This document shows positions 63,498 through 64,000 of a stretch of 64,000 nucleotides of DNA, piece by piece; positions within the stretch are counted from its first letter, which is position 1; the number at the start of each line of letters is the position of its first letter. The translations under genes and the position numbers were made by a program. The notes beneath the pieces were generated by a model. That model was not told the origin of the DNA and did no database searches. It saw only the letters and a program-made list of their open reading frames with translations. Source of the DNA: Mustelus asterias (taxonomy: Eukaryota); the NCBI RefSeq assembly GCF_964213995.1, contig NC_135804.1:59706001-59770000 (forward strand), written 5' to 3'.

Positions 63498-64000
63498 TTA
63501 TTTTTTCTCAGTATTGCTTTATCTCACGGGAATTTCGTGTTCGCTTTTTACATGTGTCGAAATTTGAAGTGAAGGGGTAGTCACTTTTAGACTATCCCAA
63601 AAGGTATCATCGTGCGCCTCCGCAAATGTCAAGTCCCGATCAATGCATACACATTGGCGAAACAAGTTTCGATCTCTTCTAGGAGGTACTAAGCCGTTAA
63701 CATTGTTTATGCGGCGCACAGACCATATGATTCCAGTCCCTAATATGTACTCATCGTTGATGTTGGTGAAGATATATTGACTTTTCTTTGTAATCTATCA
63801 TCCGTGATCATGCTTGATAACTTTGTTATGGACGACAGACCCCTCCGCGATCTCCCACCCTCCTCTCCAAATCCTTCCCCTCCACAACCGGGAGGTGGAG
63901 CCGGAATAGTATTTTCACTGGTCTAGTAATCCACAGACTCAGAGTAAAACGCTGGGGACCAGGATTTAAATCCCACCGGAGTAGATTGCGATATCTGAAT

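Overview
Eukaryotic, repeat-dominated genomic DNA, almost certainly from a shark. This is inferred from HE1-type tRNA/V-SINEs, SacSINE1-like Deu-SINE pieces, and CR1, Rex1/Babar, Penelope and Harbinger elements typical of elasmobranchs. One host gene can be assembled by eye on the + strand from four phase-1 exons (16622-21850): leader, germline-joined VJ-type Ig domain, C1-set Ig domain, and a transmembrane exon with an Arg and a very short tail. It encodes a 253-aa non-rearranging antigen-receptor-like protein with the hallmarks of an activating receptor. Its 5' and 3' flanks each have a diverged paralogous copy in the window, which suggests a tandem receptor cluster. Other content: a processed histone H3.3 pseudogene; a young CR1 LINE whose 5'UTR carries 5.8 identical 200-bp monomers and which is internally inverted; a decayed Harbinger transposon (transposase + Myb/SANT gene) with a young CR1 inserted in it; a Rex1 LINE with a nested solo LTR and Penelope fragment; and several Penelope-derived repeats carrying minimal hammerhead-ribozyme motifs. 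No rRNA, bona fide tRNA genes or CRISPR arrays were seen. Boundaries of old repeats are approximate (read by eye).
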